DNA from: Marsupella aquatica
Lineage: Eukaryota > Plantae > Marchantiophyta
NCBI GenBank assembly: GCA_973895155.1
Contig: OZ316891.1
Location: 24,427,899-24,491,898 of the forward strand
DNA length: 64,000 bases
Direction: 5' to 3'
Part shown: in pieces, positions 61,098 through 64,000 of the stretch
Numbering within the stretch: the stretch's first letter is position 1
Layout of the letters: every line of letters begins with the position of its first letter
Made by a program: the position numbers and the translations under genes
Notes under the pieces: generated by a model
Told to the model about the DNA's origin: nothing
Seen by the model: only the letters and a program-made list of their open reading frames with translations
Database searches by the model: none

Positions 61098-61667
61098 CTA
61101 CCACATCAAATACGGATACCAATCCTGTTGTCGATGCCACTCAGCCCTGAGGTACTCAGGCATGTACATTAAGTCATCAAGGTCTAAACCCTGCTCATGC
61201 CATGGTGGTCTTCGATCCGTGCCTACAAGCAGTGGCAGCAGTGCCCTCCATGGTGCACATGTTGCTACCAAGTCCCTCCACTGGGTACTAATTAGTCTAT
61301 ATTTGCAGATATCTTGTGCGCCAGACACCACAAGAACCCTCGGCCAGACATGTGTAAGAAGTATATCATCTGCCAAATCAGGCAACAAGGAACCACCTAC
61401 AGCATCGTGCTTGTCTAACTCATCTGCTGAAAAGTAAATGTCCTCTTCGGACTGTGCATCCTCATTCACCACAGCATTCACAACATATCCAAGGTCTGCA
61501 GGCATTATCTCGGATGGAGCTACACTCTGTCTGGTTACCAATCCACACAAGTAAGCCCAAGCAATAGCCATGCACGATGCAACCCGTAGGAGGACCCTAC
61601 ATAGGGCTTGTCGGTCTGGAAGAGGCAGCATACCCACCAAAGTCTTCAGCCAAACAGAGCCTAGCAA
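61098..61667 (-). CDS. F-box-like small protein upstream of the CACTA transposase
   Basis: SLLPDLADDILLTHVWPRV..YRLISTQWRDLV; start uncertain. Confidence 0.55.
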   Translation of the reverse strand: MLGSVWLKTLVGMLPLPDRQALCRVLLRVASCMAIAWAYLCGLVTRQSVAPSEIMPADLGYVVNAVVNEDAQSEEDIYFSADELDKHDAVGGSLLPDLADDILLTHVWPRVLVVSGAQDICKYRLISTQWRDLVATCAPWRALLPLLVGTDRRPPWHEQGLDLDDLMYMPEYLRAEWHRQQDWYPYLMW

Positions 61668-61807
61668 GTAGATTCACAGTCACACCCCACGCAGCAAGAA
61701 ACAACAATCACTTCAACTGCGACCAACCATGACAAGATGAGTTAGTTCAAGGATCACATTTATTACAAAATTGTGATTTATACAAAAATATGAGGGACTC
61801 CTACTCC

Positions 61808-62740
61808 TCACTTTCTCCCACCATTGGTAAGCATACATCTTCGCTGAAGCTTGGAGGGCCAGGCCTCAAAAATATCAAAGTCCCAAGCATTCTGTCGTTT
61901 CCCTCTCGCTGCTGATTCCAAAAGCCAATCAGGGGAAAGCACCCAAAGATTGTTGTTCATGACAAAATGACGCACTGTTGTCTTAAAGAATTTTCTGCAT
62001 ATTTTCATGTATGACAAACCTACAACATGAGTGGAGGTTTCTGTTAGACTCTCCTCCACTGTCCCACCTAGCTCAACAACTATGGACTTGTACAGTTTGC
62101 ACTTAGTCTCCCCAATTCCCTCTTCTGCAAATACCACACTGAACCCCTTCATAATGGTATTTCTCTCCTTGCCATGCTCATTCAATATAGCATCTGCACG
62201 CATAGGATGGTGTCCTATGTTGACAACAGGTCCATATTGGACAGAAGCAAAGTTGGGTTTCTCTGCCGCTGCTTCATAGGCTTCCTTTTCAGCCAAAGCC
62301 TCTACAGTGGCCTCCTCACTCTCCCACAACTCATATTGCTCAGTAATCTGTACACACCTATGTTTAACAGAATCAGTCAGCCAAGAGACTTCAACCACTT
62401 TTAGACCTTGGTTGGTAATGGCAGAATCAATGAAGGACCATGACCACTTGTTCATCACATTCAGCCATGTCCCCGCAACAACATGTGTAGTCTGTGGAGT
62501 GATGTCCTTGACTTCAGTCCCATTGAACTCTGAGAATCATTTTTGTACAATTGGCCAACTCACTTGGGTGAACCCATAGTGGCTAGGAATCAAAATGGCT
62601 TTGATTCCAGCCAACAGATGCGGGTGGTCAACCTTTGTACATTTCCTAGAGGCCATGTACACACACCCCACCTAATCATTGCAGACCGGAAGATAATGCG
62701 TTCACCTGATAATCGAAGGGCCCCTAAAATGCTGCATTTA
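61808..62740 (-). pseudogene. Tandem BRCT-domain protein (in-frame stop near 62537)
   Basis: TTHVV..KVVEVSWLTDSV and IVVELGGTVEESLTETSTHVV..VLSPDWLLESAARGK, two BRCT signatures; 5' limit approximate. Confidence 0.72.
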
Positions 62741-63252
62741 TAACTTGGTCCAGTCCAGTCGTTTGGTGAGTCTCTGCTCCGATTCCAAGCAGGGGAAATA
62801 TTGGGACAAACGTACTAGACACCTGCAAGGATGCACCTCATAGTTTGAATATGTGCCTTCACAATATTGAAGGTGACAAGTGCAATTTTTTTGTGATGCC
62901 ACATACAGATGTTGTAAATGGGCAGACATTCAATGAGAATACAAAATGTTGGTACACAAACAGAATTCTCGCAATTTAAATAGCCTTGTAACTTATATGC
63001 TCATAATCAGAAGTCCTGATTTAATTTAAGCAGTGTCATGTAAGTCGTGATCAAAATGATTGCAGAGTTAAAAAAGTTCCTACAAGGCTTAAGGAGAGTT
63101 TTTGAAGGCATGTACCCAGGAACAAGTAATGAACTTAGGGTACTTGTTGCCTAAGCATCCTCTCCTACAGAGGTCCTTCTTCTCAAAATTGGAATGTTTG
63201 CAATCTCCAAGGTATCCACATCAAGTGCACTATGCAAGTACATTATTCAGAT

Positions 63253-63933
63253 TCAAAGCCAAGAAATGTGATCTCTCATAGGAGTGTGCAAAGTAGGATC
63301 TATGGCATGGCGATGACAATAGAAGATCCATCGATCAACACCATGTGCAGAGTGATGATAGATGTGTCTGTCACAAGCATAGCCTTCTGCTTGACGATCC
63401 TTCAAACAATGAAAGTGCCACATGGTGGGACACCTAACACAGTGGACTATGTCCACCCAAAAATCTTCATCGTGCTGACCACATGCCTTGCACTTATGAA
63501 GTGGGCAAGCTGTGGCAAGATCGGGCAAACATGAAAAACAAAAGAACCTCACACAATATCTGTCAGGGCATTTCCTAACAAGTGGTGGAGCATCAACAGA
63601 GCCCTCATAAGACCCCAACTTCCCACACTGTGCACACTTAGCCTGCTTCTCCAAACAATCAGTGCACATCCAGCCTCCCTGGTGTGCTGACGGGAGGCCC
63701 ACCCCTGGACAGTTGTTTTCTGCAGCAAGGTCAGACTCGGGGTTGAGGTGGAAATGCCTCATGCAAGGGCCCTCACATATGGCTAAGCCCCCACCATCGT
63801 CACAAATGGCACAACAATGAGCTGCCTTCTGGAAAATCTGACGTGCGGAGAAGTTTCTACCATCAGGCCCAACTACACCTGTGTTGCTCACCTCTGTCCC
63901 CCGCTTCTTGGCTCGGATTTTAGGGCGTGCCAT
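63253..63933 (-). CDS. Stand-alone EDM2/NSD-type tandem PHD finger protein
   Basis: CAICDDGG..CEGPCMRHFH, C..CGKLGS, CPLHKCKAC, CVRCPTMWHFHCL and IFYCHRHAIDPTLHTPMRDHI, matching the EDM2 PHD block including its YC..H.ID..L.TP.RDH tail. Confidence 0.85.
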   Translation of the reverse strand: MARPKIRAKKRGTEVSNTGVVGPDGRNFSARQIFQKAAHCCAICDDGGGLAICEGPCMRHFHLNPESDLAAENNCPGVGLPSAHQGGWMCTDCLEKQAKCAQCGKLGSYEGSVDAPPLVRKCPDRYCVRFFCFSCLPDLATACPLHKCKACGQHDEDFWVDIVHCVRCPTMWHFHCLKDRQAEGYACDRHIYHHSAHGVDRWIFYCHRHAIDPTLHTPMRDHISWL

Positions 63934-64000
63934 GCCTACCCATGAGACAGATAGTACAATTTAGCAGAGTGCACAGACAATACAATTTAGCAGTGTACAA

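Larger units (their letters stand above)
3493..64000 (-). mobile_element. CACTA/En-Spm element (host of the nested MULEs); own sequence at 3493-3935, 36597-41349 (inverted) and 58251 onward
   Basis: TIR at 3493; Tnp2/TnpD gene split by the inversion; TnpA-like gene; 9-bp MULE TSD joins 3935 to 41341-41349. The second TIR is not in the window, so the right limit is unknown. Confidence 0.75.

Overview
Plant genomic DNA made almost entirely of nested transposons (GT-AG introns, TTTAGGG repeats; a non-seed land plant is plausible but cannot be established). Junctions and target-site duplications allow a near-complete reconstruction. (1) A CACTA/En-Spm element has one TIR at 3493 and its other end is presumably beyond 64000. 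Upstream of its transposase lie EDM2-like PHD, tandem-BRCT and F-box-like genes. (2) A giant Mutator-like element, MULE-1 (3936-25159 + 41350-44555, TSD GGTCACAAA, about 18 kb without inserts), sits in the CACTA. (3) A related element, MULE-2 (25160-36596 + 44565-58250, TSD AGGAAAAAT, about 20 kb without inserts), sits in MULE-1. (4) Further inserts are a Bianca-type copia, a 4.65-kb TG..CA insert with a long coiled-coil ORF, and a 343-bp MITE. (5) A later inversion of about 21.65 kb (36593-58250, GAGC/GCTC microhomology) split the CACTA transposase and both MULEs. The best candidate for a new system is the giant MULE family. Besides a GCM-like/DDE/SWIM transposase it carries a ParB-like domain joined to a catalytically degenerate beta-class N4/N6 DNA-methyltransferase fold, an Ulp1 SUMO protease, F-box-like genes and (MULE-2 only) an AT-hook gene. 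Its non-coding DNA, introns and several otherwise unrelated satellites all carry one 21-bp interrupted palindrome, TCTCGG(A/C)GA-NNN-TC(T/G)CCGAGA, which recalls the VANDAL/VANC self-targeting anti-silencing logic. All domain calls were made by eye from motifs; no database searches were run.
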